Positions 17,107 through 26,103 are shown, counted from the stretch's first letter. The stretch: 32,180 nucleotides of DNA from a virus (IMGVR_UViG_3300048578_000007:1-32180), one strand, 5' to 3'. Notes: a model not told the origin generated them from the letters alone. Program-made: numbers and translations.

Positions 17107-17454
17107 GTGTTCGACTTCGACGCCGTCATCCACGAGTCCAACCGCACCCCGTTCGCGTTCAAGAGCGGCGGCAAGGCGTTCCGGGTGCCGCACATCTCCG
17201 ACCTGACGATCGGCCAGCAGATCGACGCTGACGCCGGCCGTCTGCACCAGGTGCTCCGCGAGGTCGCCGAGGTCTACGAGGCCGACAAGCCGACCGAGGA
17301 GAACCCTGAGCCGCAGCCCGAGTGGAAGCCTGCCGGTCGCGCCGGGGCCGAACTCATCCTCAAGCGCCGCCCGGATCAGGTCGGCAAGTTCCAGGCCGCG
17401 TGGATCGCGCACGCCGGGCTGGCCGTGGGGGAATCTCCGGCCTCGTCGAGCTGA
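17107..17454 (+). CDS. Tail assembly chaperone (gpG-like)
   Basis: GAAAGG RBS; between major tail and tape measure; ends over GGGGGAA slippery site. Confidence 0.82.
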   Translation: MFDFDAVIHESNRTPFAFKSGGKAFRVPHISDLTIGQQIDADAGRLHQVLREVAEVYEADKPTEENPEPQPEWKPAGRAGAELILKRRPDQVGKFQAAWIAHAGLAVGESPASSS

Positions 17455-17870
17455 TCCGTCAGCACGGCGAGGCCATCGAGTTCGATCTGGCGCCGCTGGG
17501 GTTCGGACTCGCAGACCTCGTATCGGGGCGGCTGACGTTCCGCCGGTTCCGTGACCTGATGGCGTCCATGCCGTCGGACGGCACCGCGATGTGGCGCAAG
17601 GGTCGCCGTCAGAAGCCCACGAAGGGCACCAAGGCGCTCCCTCCCCCGGATGACTGGTGGACCGCTGAGCGTGACCTGCTCGCGGGCATCATCGACCACC
17701 TCGCGGTCCTGGCGTGGCAGCGCACCGAGGACGGATCCAAGGGCCGCAACCTGCCCAAGCCGATCCCCCGTCCTGGTGTGAACGGCGCACGCAAGCCGCC
17801 CCGTGTCGGCGACCCCATCGCGCGGCTCGAGGCCATGTCGGGCCGGTCGTTGCGCCCCCCTCCCACCTAG
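17427..17870 (+). CDS. Tail assembly chaperone -1 frameshift extension (gpGT-like; full product 17107-17870)
   Basis: G GGG GAA at 17427-17433 joins to the -1 frame GGISGLVELIRQHGEAIEFDL...WQRTEDGSKGRNLPKPIPRPG. Confidence 0.82.
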   Translation, partial: GGISGLVELIRQHGEAIEFDLAPLGFGLADLVSGRLTFRRFRDLMASMPSDGTAMWRKGRRQKPTKGTKALPPPDDWWTAERDLLAGIIDHLAVLAWQRTEDGSKGRNLPKPIPRPGVNGARKPPRVGDPIARLEAMSGRSLRPPPT

Positions 17871-17889
17871 CACGAGAGGCGGTGCGCCT

Positions 17890-19497
17890 GTGGCCGGTTA
17901 CGAGGTCGGGTCGGCCTATCTGACGGTCATGCCGTCCGCGAAGGGGTTCGCGGCGAACCTGGGCCGTGAGATCGATGGCCCGTTCCTGGCGGCCGGTCAG
18001 CGCGGCGGCGGGCTCATCGGTGACGGCGTGCAGACGGGCGGGAAGAAGTCGTTCCTGTCCGCGGGTGGCGTCCTGGGCAAGGTATTCGTCGGCGCATTCG
18101 CGGCGATCGGCGCGGCGAGCATCGTCTCCACAGTCGTGTCGTTCCTCGGCGATGCGGTCACGGCTGCGTCCGACCTGGCCGAGACGCAGTCCAAGGCGAA
18201 CGAGATCTTCGGCGATGGCACGTCCAAGCTGCTCGAGTACGCCGAGACCGCAGCGAGCACCCTGGGCCAGTCCAAGCAGACCTACCTCGACGGCGCGGCG
18301 ACGTTCGGCATCTTCGGCAAGTCCGCGGGCCTGGCCGGCGAGCCACTGGCGGACTTCTCTGCCGAGCTCGTCACCCTGGCGACGGACCTCGCGTCGTTCA
18401 ACAACACCTCGCCCGAGCAGGCGATCCAGGCCATCGGTGCGGCCCTGCGCGGCGAGTCTGAGCCGATCCGCGCCTACGGTGTCCTCCTCGACGACGCGAC
18501 CCTCAAGGCGCGCGCGATGGCCCTCGGCATCTACGAGGGCACTGCCGCCCTGACCCCGCAGCAGAAGGTGCTCGCGGCTCAGGCGGAGATCCTGGCGCAG
18601 ACCTCGACGCAGCAGGGCGACTTCGCCCGCACGTCCGAGGGCATGGCGAACCAGCAGCGGATCCTGACCGCCGAGATGGAGAACGCCAAGACTGAGATCG
18701 GCACCGCGCTCCTGCCGGTGATGACCGAGCTCCTGACGCTGTTCGCCGAGGAGGGCGTGCCGATCCTCAAGGAGATGGCCGCCTGGTTCACGGAGAACAA
18801 GGACGAGATCACCGACTTCGTGGTCGGGGCGGTCGACGGGGCACTTCTGGTGGTCCAGGCGCTCCTGGACATGGGCGCGGGGACTTCGGCCTTCGTCCTC
18901 GCATGGCTGAGCATGGGCTCGATGATGATCGACAGCTGGCTGTACGTGGTCGGCACGGTCATCGACGGGGCGACCAGGGCGTTCGGGTGGATCCCTGGCG
19001 TTGGCGACAAGCTGCGTGAGTCGCAGGACAACTTCGAGGAGTTCCGCCAGACCGTCGGCACCAAGCTGGAAGACGTGCGCAACGCGGCGGCGACAACCGG
19101 TCAGGCGTTCGAGTCGGGCCGTGACGCCGTGGCGAGCCTGCGTGATGCTGTCGCGTCCCTGGACGGCAAGAAGGCGCGCGTCACCCTCCAGATGGACGCC
19201 GAGGGCAACGCGACCCGGTTCTTCACGGACGGGTCCTTCTCTCGCGGTGGCGGCGCCATCACGGGCCGGGCGACAGGTGGCCCCGTGGTCGCGGGTCGCC
19301 CGTACATCGTGGGTGAGCGTGAGGCCGAGCTGTTCGTGCCGCGCACCGACGGGACGATCCTCAACCAGTCGCAGATCGCTTCGGCGCTGGGTTCGGCGCC
19401 CTCGGGCGGCAACAACACCTGGCACCTGTACGAGCAGTCCGACCCCGTCGCGACAGCCAACGCCGTCATCCGCCGGCAGACACTCCTGGGGGTCTGA
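17890..19497 (+). CDS. Tape measure protein (short, 535 aa)
   Basis: VGSAYLTVMPSAKGF N-terminus; ASDLAETQSK, DLASFNNT, ALRGESEPI; C-terminal GRATGGPV...YIVGEREAELFVP. Confidence 0.9.
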   Translation: MAGYEVGSAYLTVMPSAKGFAANLGREIDGPFLAAGQRGGGLIGDGVQTGGKKSFLSAGGVLGKVFVGAFAAIGAASIVSTVVSFLGDAVTAASDLAETQSKANEIFGDGTSKLLEYAETAASTLGQSKQTYLDGAATFGIFGKSAGLAGEPLADFSAELVTLATDLASFNNTSPEQAIQAIGAALRGESEPIRAYGVLLDDATLKARAMALGIYEGTAALTPQQKVLAAQAEILAQTSTQQGDFARTSEGMANQQRILTAEMENAKTEIGTALLPVMTELLTLFAEEGVPILKEMAAWFTENKDEITDFVVGAVDGALLVVQALLDMGAGTSAFVLAWLSMGSMMIDSWLYVVGTVIDGATRAFGWIPGVGDKLRESQDNFEEFRQTVGTKLEDVRNAAATTGQAFESGRDAVASLRDAVASLDGKKARVTLQMDAEGNATRFFTDGSFSRGGGAITGRATGGPVVAGRPYIVGEREAELFVPRTDGTILNQSQIASALGSAPSGGNNTWHLYEQSDPVATANAVIRRQTLLGV

Positions 19498-20921
19498 TGC
19501 TCACCCCGTACGTGACTCTCGGCGGCCTGGACCTGAACACGATCGAGCCCGACACCGGCGTGACGTGGGTGGCGAAGCCGGTGGGTGGATGGGCCGGTCC
19601 GAGCTCGTCCATCGCCGTCGTCAAGAAGCCGCGCTCGCACGGTGGGTGGGCCGGTGATGCGTTCCTGAACCCGCGCCGGGTCGCCATCTCCGGTTCGGTG
19701 GTGGCGCCCACGGAGGACGCCCTGGCCGATGCGGTGGACCGCCTGAACGCGGCGGCGTCGCTCGCCGGGTCGACGCTGACGGTGATCGAGGGCGCGCTGT
19801 CCCGGTCGTGCACGGTGCGCCGCGATGACGAGGTGCTCATCAAGCAGGTGACGGGCACTTATGCCGAGTGGTCCGTCCAGCTCGTCGCCCCGGACCCCCG
19901 CAAGTTCGCCGACGCCCTCACCGCATCCACGGGTCTGCCGTCGTCGTCGGGTGGCCTGGTACTGTCCACGACGCCGCGGACGAACCTCCCGACAAACCCG
20001 AGCGTCGAGGTGGACGCGGCGGGTTGGGCGCCGACCGGAGTCACGCTGACACGCGACTCGTCCTGGGCGGCCTCGGGGTCCTGGTCTGGGAAGTGCACAC
20101 CAAATGCGCTGGTGACGGGTACCTACGTGTCTGTCGGTGGCGACGTGGGGGCGTTGCGCCTGGGCATGGTGGCCGGCGGCACCTACACGGTGTCCGCCGT
20201 GGGCCGCCTGGCCGCGCCGCAGACCGGAACCTTGGACGCTCGTGCGCGCCGGGTCGTGGTGTTCTACTCCGTGGCCGCGACCCCGACGACGTATGCGCCT
20301 CTGACGGGCACGCAGATCCCGAACGCGGCCGGGCAGGGCCAGTCGTCTCTGACCTTCACCTTGCCCGCCGACGCTGCACAGGCGTTCGTCCGACTGTACA
20401 ACGGGGCGACGAACAGCGCGGACAACTCGATCTGGTGGGACAGCGTCCTGGTGGAGACCGGCACCGCTGTCGGCAACTACTTCGACGGCGACACCCTCGG
20501 CGCGTCGTGGTCGGGCACCCCGCACGCCTCGACGTCCACGATCGTCGACGGCCTAACGATCCCCTTCACGATCGACTCGACCGTCGTCTCGGGTCAGGTG
20601 TCGCTGACGAACCCGGGCAACGTGAACGGTCCGGTGTCGCTGCGGATCGACGGCCCGGTGACGGGTCCGGTCGTGACGCACGTGGGGTCGGGTCGGGCGC
20701 TGGTGTTCTCGACGTCGCTGACGTTGGGTGCGGGTGAGTTCGTGACGGTGGACATGGAGCGCCGCGAGGTGCTGGCTCAGGGTCAGTCGTCGCGTAACGG
20801 CTGGGTGACCGGTCGCGGCTGGAGCGCGTTCGAGCCGGGCAGCAACACCTGGAGTTTCTCCGCGCTCGCTCACGATCCGGGTGCGCTGCTCAGTGTGACC
20901 GCGTCGCCGGCGTGGGAGTGA
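19497..20921 (+). CDS. Distal tail protein (Dit) with inserted carbohydrate-binding module
   Basis: PRRVAISG, WSVQLVAPDPRKF, TNPGN...GPVTGP, ends PAWE; internal TNLPTNPSVE...W...WDSVLVE insert. Confidence 0.8.
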   Translation: MLTPYVTLGGLDLNTIEPDTGVTWVAKPVGGWAGPSSSIAVVKKPRSHGGWAGDAFLNPRRVAISGSVVAPTEDALADAVDRLNAAASLAGSTLTVIEGALSRSCTVRRDDEVLIKQVTGTYAEWSVQLVAPDPRKFADALTASTGLPSSSGGLVLSTTPRTNLPTNPSVEVDAAGWAPTGVTLTRDSSWAASGSWSGKCTPNALVTGTYVSVGGDVGALRLGMVAGGTYTVSAVGRLAAPQTGTLDARARRVVVFYSVAATPTTYAPLTGTQIPNAAGQGQSSLTFTLPADAAQAFVRLYNGATNSADNSIWWDSVLVETGTAVGNYFDGDTLGASWSGTPHASTSTIVDGLTIPFTIDSTVVSGQVSLTNPGNVNGPVSLRIDGPVTGPVVTHVGSGRALVFSTSLTLGAGEFVTVDMERREVLAQGQSSRNGWVTGRGWSAFEPGSNTWSFSALAHDPGALLSVTASPAWE

Positions 20922-20925
20922 CCTC

Positions 20926-22044
20926 GTGACCCTCTCGTGGCTGAGCGTGGATGCGCGCACGGGGCAGATCCTCGCGGACCTGCCCGACCTGTCCGTGCAG
21001 TCGGTGCGGCAGTTGCTCGGTGCGTACTCCTCGTCGATGGGGTCGCTGCCGATCCCGACGGCACCGGAGGGCTGGGAGCGCGCAACGCTGCACGGCGGCG
21101 CGGTGATGGTCCTGGTCGACGACCCGGGCGACGGGACGACGCCGACGCCGCTGTGGGGTGGCCTGGTGACGCAGCGGACCCGCGGGTCTGGTGACGCCGT
21201 GGACCTGTCCCTGGCGACGCTCGAGGCCGCGATGGATCGGGTGTACGTGGGCGCGGAGACGTTCACCGGGGTGGGTCAGAACGCGATCGTCGAGGCGCTC
21301 GTGGTCGAGTACATGGCCCCGACGTGGCCGATCACCGTGGTGAAGCTCGACGGCGACGGCACAGCGCGTGACCGCGCGTACTCCGACGCGGACGACAAGA
21401 CGCTGCTGTCGGTGGTGTCCGAGCTCTCCGGTGTGCAGGGCGGCCCGGAGTGGACGGTCGGCTGGCAGTGGCTCCACAACCCGGAGCGCATCGTCCCGGT
21501 GCTGTACGTGGGTTCGCGGGTGGGGGCGTCGCCGGGTGCGGGGTTCGCGCCGGCTGCGACGTTCGAGATGCCGGGGTCGGTCGTGCAGGCGCAGTTCGTG
21601 GAGGACTTCTCCGCAGGCAAGGGCGCGACGGACGTCATGGCAGTGTCGTCGGCCACGGCTGGTGTGCGGCCTCAGTCGCCGCGGCAGACGTCGGGTGACA
21701 CGGAGCGGCCCGCGTTCGAGTACCGGTGGACGCCGAGCACGTCGATCACGAACGTCCCCACGCTCACGTCCCACGCGCAGTCGGCCCTGTCGGCGCTGCG
21801 GTACGGGTCGCGGGCGCTGACGTTGACGGCGGACATGGGCACGGCCCCGGCGCTGAACCGGGACTGGTGGCTGGGTGATGACGTGGGCTACCAGATCGGC
21901 GGCGTGGGTGCTGACGGTCGGGACACGGTGCCAGCGTTCCCCGGCGGCCTGTCGGGTACGGCGCGTGCGATCGGCTGGGAGCTGGACCTGCGTGGGGTGC
22001 CGACGGTGGCCCCGATCCTGCAAGCGGCTGAGTGGGGTGCGTGA
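20926..22044 (+). CDS. Minor tail protein (Tal / baseplate hub-like)
   Basis: DARTGQILADLP, PLWGGLV, QGGPEW, WLGDDV; follows Dit. Confidence 0.78.
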   Translation: MTLSWLSVDARTGQILADLPDLSVQSVRQLLGAYSSSMGSLPIPTAPEGWERATLHGGAVMVLVDDPGDGTTPTPLWGGLVTQRTRGSGDAVDLSLATLEAAMDRVYVGAETFTGVGQNAIVEALVVEYMAPTWPITVVKLDGDGTARDRAYSDADDKTLLSVVSELSGVQGGPEWTVGWQWLHNPERIVPVLYVGSRVGASPGAGFAPAATFEMPGSVVQAQFVEDFSAGKGATDVMAVSSATAGVRPQSPRQTSGDTERPAFEYRWTPSTSITNVPTLTSHAQSALSALRYGSRALTLTADMGTAPALNRDWWLGDDVGYQIGGVGADGRDTVPAFPGGLSGTARAIGWELDLRGVPTVAPILQAAEWGA

Positions 22045-22637
22045 TGGCTGGTCCGGGTACGCCGGGGTGGGGTGCGCCTGCCGGTGAGGACGCGCTGATG
22101 CGTCGCATCGAGGCGATCGAGCGGTGGCAGCGTGAGGCGTTGCCGTCGGTGGCCGCGTCGTTCGCCCCGGTGATCGCGGACTTGCAGGAGAAGGACGTGG
22201 CGCTCGCGGACCTGATCGCGACGCAGACGGTCAGTGACTCGGCATGGGGGGAGGCGACCGCCTTCGCGGTGCCGGCCGCGACCTCTCCGGCGGAGATCGC
22301 CTCGTGCACGATCACGGTGCCTGCGGGCTACACCCGGATGCGCTTCACCGTGATCGGGACATGCCGAGTGAAGAACGACTCGGGGGCTACGCAGTACATC
22401 TACCTCGGGCCGCGGCGCAGGATGCCCGGCGGCGCCGTCTACGGCGGGCACATGCAGCAGGCCACTCTGGCGAACGGGTTCAGCGGGACTCTGATGGCGG
22501 CCTACATCTTCGCTGTCGACGTCACACCCGGCGACGTCGTGGAGTTCTACATGGTAATCAGCGCAAGCGCGGCCCTGGCTGCGGACGCCACGGTGAACAG
22601 CGCGCGCACCGAGGTCACGGTCGACCTGACCCGCTAG
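22044..22637 (+). CDS. Minor tail protein
   Basis: TGATG overlap; N-terminal coiled coil LMRRIEAIERWQRE then beta-rich domain. Confidence 0.7.
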   Translation: MAGPGTPGWGAPAGEDALMRRIEAIERWQREALPSVAASFAPVIADLQEKDVALADLIATQTVSDSAWGEATAFAVPAATSPAEIASCTITVPAGYTRMRFTVIGTCRVKNDSGATQYIYLGPRRRMPGGAVYGGHMQQATLANGFSGTLMAAYIFAVDVTPGDVVEFYMVISASAALAADATVNSARTEVTVDLTR

Positions 22638-22644
22638 TCCCCGG

Positions 22645-23016
22645 TCAGGGCTCGACGGGTGCGGGCGGGTTCCACTCCGGGGGCGGGCCAAGGTCGAGGT
22701 TGGTCGGCGGCGTCTCGACCGGGGCGGGGACCGGCTCCGACTGCGGGGCGGGCTGCTCGACGACGGGCTCGGGTGCGACCACGACGGGCTCCTCCACTAC
22801 GGGCTCCGGCTCGGGGGTGACGGGCTCGGGAAGCGGCTCCGGCTCCGGGACGTACTCGACGAAGTCCACGGACTCCACGGTCGAGTAGTGGCCGACGAGT
22901 GGCGCGGTCTGCGCGGCCTCGATCTCGTCGGCGTTCGACGCGGCCACGGCGAAGAACAGCCCGGCCCCCGCGACGAGCGTTGCGGCGGCTCCTGCGACTG
23001 CTGACCTCGTGTGCAT
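22645..23016 (-). CDS. Secreted or membrane-anchored Pro/Glu-rich protein (moron-like, antisense to tail operon)
   Basis: Signal-peptide-like MHTRSAVAGAAATLVAGAGLFFAVAASNA followed by PEPEP/PVVEEP repeats; fills the gap between two tail genes. Confidence 0.75.
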   Translation of the reverse strand: MHTRSAVAGAAATLVAGAGLFFAVAASNADEIEAAQTAPLVGHYSTVESVDFVEYVPEPEPLPEPVTPEPEPVVEEPVVVAPEPVVEQPAPQSEPVPAPVETPPTNLDLGPPPEWNPPAPVEP

Positions 23017-23069
23017 GTCCGCACCGTACGCCCAAGCACTGACACCTGTCACGGGATCGCGTGACACCT
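23017..23069 (-). promoter_or_regulatory. Putative leaderless sigma-A promoter with operator-like repeats
   Basis: Minus strand GTGACA-N18-TACGGT-N6-ATG; inverted repeats TGACA-CC-TGTCA and TGTCACG-N6-CGTGACA. Confidence 0.5.
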
Positions 23070-23097
23070 TCACCCGCTCAACACCCCGGGAGTCCTC

Positions 23098-24150
23098 ATG
23101 ACGAACCGTGTCTGGCCCGTCGATGCCGTGGCCGGTGCGCCGTCCTACACGGGTCGCGCGCTGCGGCAGACGCAGGCCCCGCTCCTGTTCGGGGCGACGG
23201 CCGCACGTCCGCTCGGTGCGCGTTCCGGTGTGCGCCCGGGGACGTCCAGCGCGACCGTCACCGCGACGTCAACCGTGTGGACCGTCAAGCCGCACGCCGG
23301 GATCGTGGACCTGGAGACCGCCGCCGAGGCCGGTCCCTACGCCTACGCCATCGACGCGGACGTGACCGGTGCGGTGACCGCAGCGAACGCCACGAACCCG
23401 CGCAAGGACATCGTCTACGTCCAGCTCGACGACCCCGCCGAGTCCGACGGGTCGACCGTCCCTGCGATCACCCCGAAGTACCTGGCCGGGACCGCTGCCG
23501 CCACGCCTGCCGCGCCCGCCACCCCGGCGCGCTCGATGGTCCTCGCGGAGATCAACGTGCCGGTCTCCGGTGGCGGGTCCCCGACGGTCGTGTGGAAGGC
23601 GCCCCGGTCGGCCGCTGCCGGCGGGATCGTCCACGTGCGCGACGCCACGGACCTCGCGACCCTGCTGCCCTACGCATCCGCCGAGACCCCGGTCTACGCC
23701 GACCAGGCAGGCACCCTGCTCGTGAGCAAGGACGGGTCGACGTGGCAGGGCGCCGGACCGCGCGCCGCATCCATGACCTCCATCGCATCGGCGATCAGCA
23801 GCGTGTTCATCCTCGGCACCGGGTACACGTGGCGCGCAACCACGCACGGCGACCTCGTCACCATCGAGGCAACCCGGTTCGCCCGCACATCCAGCCCGCT
23901 CGCGATGGGCGCCAACACCGACTACTTCCTCGTGGCGGCTGGTGGCATCCCCGCGCACCTGCGTCCCGTCCGTGACCACGACTTTCCGATGGGCTACGTG
24001 CGGACGTCGGGCGGCATCGTCCCGCTGCGCATCTCCATGCTGACCGACGGGTCCGTGGTCATCATGGCGACCTCCGCCGTGACCATGGGCCTGTACAACC
24101 CGGCCAACGCCCACGGCGCCATCCCCGCCACGACGTACTCGGTCGCCTGA
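23098..24150 (+). CDS. Tail fibre / receptor-binding protein
   Basis: GGAG RBS; actinophage minor-tail N-terminus (SGVRPG, ANATNPRKDIVY, LAEINVP); C-terminal RBP-head-like GIPAHLRP domain. Confidence 0.78.
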   Translation: MTNRVWPVDAVAGAPSYTGRALRQTQAPLLFGATAARPLGARSGVRPGTSSATVTATSTVWTVKPHAGIVDLETAAEAGPYAYAIDADVTGAVTAANATNPRKDIVYVQLDDPAESDGSTVPAITPKYLAGTAAATPAAPATPARSMVLAEINVPVSGGGSPTVVWKAPRSAAAGGIVHVRDATDLATLLPYASAETPVYADQAGTLLVSKDGSTWQGAGPRAASMTSIASAISSVFILGTGYTWRATTHGDLVTIEATRFARTSSPLAMGANTDYFLVAAGGIPAHLRPVRDHDFPMGYVRTSGGIVPLRISMLTDGSVVIMATSAVTMGLYNPANAHGAIPATTYSVA

Positions 24151-24605
24151 TGCCCGACCGCGACTACCCCCCGTTGCAGCGTCGCATCGCGCAGACCCTC
24201 CGGGCGCTCGCGTACCTGCTCGCCGTCGTCGCCGGCAGCGGCGTCCTGCTGTTCCGGCCGGGCGCGGTCAACGACACCCTGTCCAACGGGCTCGTCATCA
24301 GCCTCGGCGCGATGGCGCTGCTCGCCGGCGTGGCCGCGCTCATCGGGGCGGCCCTGCACCAGTGGCAGATCGAGTGGGTGGCTGCTGCGCCGCTCGGTGC
24401 CGCGTTCGGTGGGTACGCGCTGCTGGACCTGTACTGGGTCACGCAGGGCTCGTGGGGGTCGCTCGCACAGGGCGCCGCGCTCGGGTTGTGCTCGTGCCTG
24501 ATCCTGGCGCGCGGGGTCGACCTGTGGGTGTTCTCCCTGACCGCTCGCGCCATCCGTGCCCGCCGGGTCGCCCTCTGGCGCCGTGTCGCGGAGCTCGACG
24601 GGTGA
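24150..24605 (+). CDS. Four-TM membrane protein (lysis cassette)
   Basis: Four hydrophobic segments, basic C-terminus; upstream of endolysin. Confidence 0.7.
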   Translation: MPDRDYPPLQRRIAQTLRALAYLLAVVAGSGVLLFRPGAVNDTLSNGLVISLGAMALLAGVAALIGAALHQWQIEWVAAAPLGAAFGGYALLDLYWVTQGSWGSLAQGAALGLCSCLILARGVDLWVFSLTARAIRARRVALWRRVAELDG

Positions 24606-24934
24606 GCGTCGAGCAGGTGCTCCTCGGCGGCGCCGCGATCGTGGGCTCCCTGGGCGGCCTCGCTGCTCTCATCAAGGCCGTGTACGACCGGCGCGCGGGG
24701 ATCTCCGGGAACGAGCGACAGGCCCGCCGTGACGCCGCCGAGGACCGGCGCGACACCATCGCCGACCGGGACGAGTTGCTGCGGACCGTCCTGGCTGAGG
24801 TTCGGGACCTGCGCGGCCGGGTGGAGATGGCCGACCGCGGGCTGCGTCTGCGTGACGACCACATCGACGCGCTCGAGCACCACATCTACCAGGGCAAGCC
24901 GCCGCCGCCGCCCCCGCGTCCGGCCGGTGTGTGA
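24602..24934 (+). CDS. Single-TM coiled-coil membrane protein (lysis cassette)
   Basis: GTGA overlap; N-terminal TM, coiled coil, HIDALEHHIYQGKPPPPPPRP tail. Confidence 0.75.
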   Translation: MSVEQVLLGGAAIVGSLGGLAALIKAVYDRRAGISGNERQARRDAAEDRRDTIADRDELLRTVLAEVRDLRGRVEMADRGLRLRDDHIDALEHHIYQGKPPPPPPRPAGV

Positions 24935-24944
24935 GGAGGGCTCG

Positions 24945-25622
24945 ATGACCTGGACCACCCCGACCGCCCTGAACTACGTGACGTCCCCCTTCAACCTCCT
25001 GCGCATGCACCCGAAGTACCGCGTGCCCATGCCGCACACCGGCACGGACTACCGCGCCCCGACCGGCACCCCGCTCCGCGCGGCCACCGCCGGGACCGTC
25101 GTGCGCTCGGTGCCGCTCGACCCTCGCGCCGGGAACTACATCCGGATCCAGTGGGGCGGACCCGGCGACTGGATCGGCTACTCCCACCTCTCGCGGCGTG
25201 ACGTCGGCGTAGGGCAGCGGGTCGGCACGGGCCAGGTCATCGGCCTCTCCGGTGCGACGGGAGCAGTCGCAGGCGCACACCTGCACTTCGAGGTCAGCGT
25301 CTCCGGCGTGAAGGTCGACCCGGTCCCGTTCCTCGCCGCACAGATCGAGCTCGCGTCGCGCCCCGTGCCGACACCGAAGCCGATCATCCCCACCCCGGGC
25401 GGCACCCTGCCCGCCCCGCTCCGACCGGAGGACGACGACATGCGACTCATCTTCGACCGCGACCGCAAGATCGGCGCGCTCCTCTTCCCCAGCGGCCTGT
25501 GGCAGACCCTCACGGGCGACGGCTACCAGGCGCTCAAGGCATCCGGGGTGCAGGCGGCCGAGCTCCCGCACGCGGACTTCGCGGCCCTGACGTACGGGCC
25601 GAACCAGGTCTCCGCCGCCTGA
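24945..25622 (+). CDS. Endolysin, M23 family metallopeptidase
   Basis: GAGGAGG RBS; HTGTDY (HxxxD), YSHL, GAHLHFEV (HxH), VDPVPFL. Confidence 0.9.
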   Translation: MTWTTPTALNYVTSPFNLLRMHPKYRVPMPHTGTDYRAPTGTPLRAATAGTVVRSVPLDPRAGNYIRIQWGGPGDWIGYSHLSRRDVGVGQRVGTGQVIGLSGATGAVAGAHLHFEVSVSGVKVDPVPFLAAQIELASRPVPTPKPIIPTPGGTLPAPLRPEDDDMRLIFDRDRKIGALLFPSGLWQTLTGDGYQALKASGVQAAELPHADFAALTYGPNQVSAA

Positions 25623-25624
25623 CC

Positions 25625-25729
25625 ATGCACCACCCGCTGCGGGACCTGCGCCACGTCTGGTGGCCCCTTCCGCTCACCATCGCCCTGGTCGTCGCGGCCG
25701 GGGTAGCCGCCAACCTGACAGGAGCATGA
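25625..25729 (+). CDS. Small single-TM protein
   Basis: MHHPLRDLRHVWWPLPLTIALVVAAGVAANLTGA; ATGA overlap with holin. Confidence 0.55.
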   Translation: MHHPLRDLRHVWWPLPLTIALVVAAGVAANLTGA

Positions 25730-25974
25730 CCATGTTCTCCCGCGCCTTCTGGATCGCCGCCACCGAGCGGGCCATCAAGACCTTCGCGCAGACCCTCGCC
25801 GCGCTCCTCGTCGCCGACGGCACCGGGCTCCTGAACACCGCGTGGATCCCGCAGCTGTCCGTCGCCGGGATGGCCCTCGTCGTGTCGCTACTGACCTCCG
25901 TCGCGTCTGCCGGCGCCGCTGGCCCCGGACCGTCGCTCGCCAACGAGGTCGCCGTGCCCGAGTACCTCGGCTGA
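25726..25974 (+). CDS. Holin (r1t family)
   Basis: AGGAG RBS; FWIAATERAIKTFAQTL...LVVSLLTSVAS...GPSL. Confidence 0.88.
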   Translation: MTMFSRAFWIAATERAIKTFAQTLAALLVADGTGLLNTAWIPQLSVAGMALVVSLLTSVASAGAAGPGPSLANEVAVPEYLG

Positions 25975-25977
25975 CCG

Positions 25978-26076
25978 ATGCCTCGCCAGGTCGCGCAGGC
26001 GACCACCAAGTGCCCGTACTGCGGCGCCGAGGGTGACCCGCTCGTCATCGCGTTCTGCTGCCTCGAGTCCGACTGA
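25978..26076 (+). CDS. Small Cys-rich protein (32 aa)
   Basis: MPRQVAQATTKCPYCGAEGDPLVIAFCCLESD; GC3-biased codons, fills the gap. Confidence 0.45.
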   Translation: MPRQVAQATTKCPYCGAEGDPLVIAFCCLESD

Positions 26077-26103
26077 TCCCCCGGCCCTGATCGGAGCCCT
26101 GCC

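Noticed and set aside
22680-22850. GGCTC-type short DNA repeats as a regulatory array
   Set aside because: Explained by Pro-Glu codon repeats of the minus-strand gene
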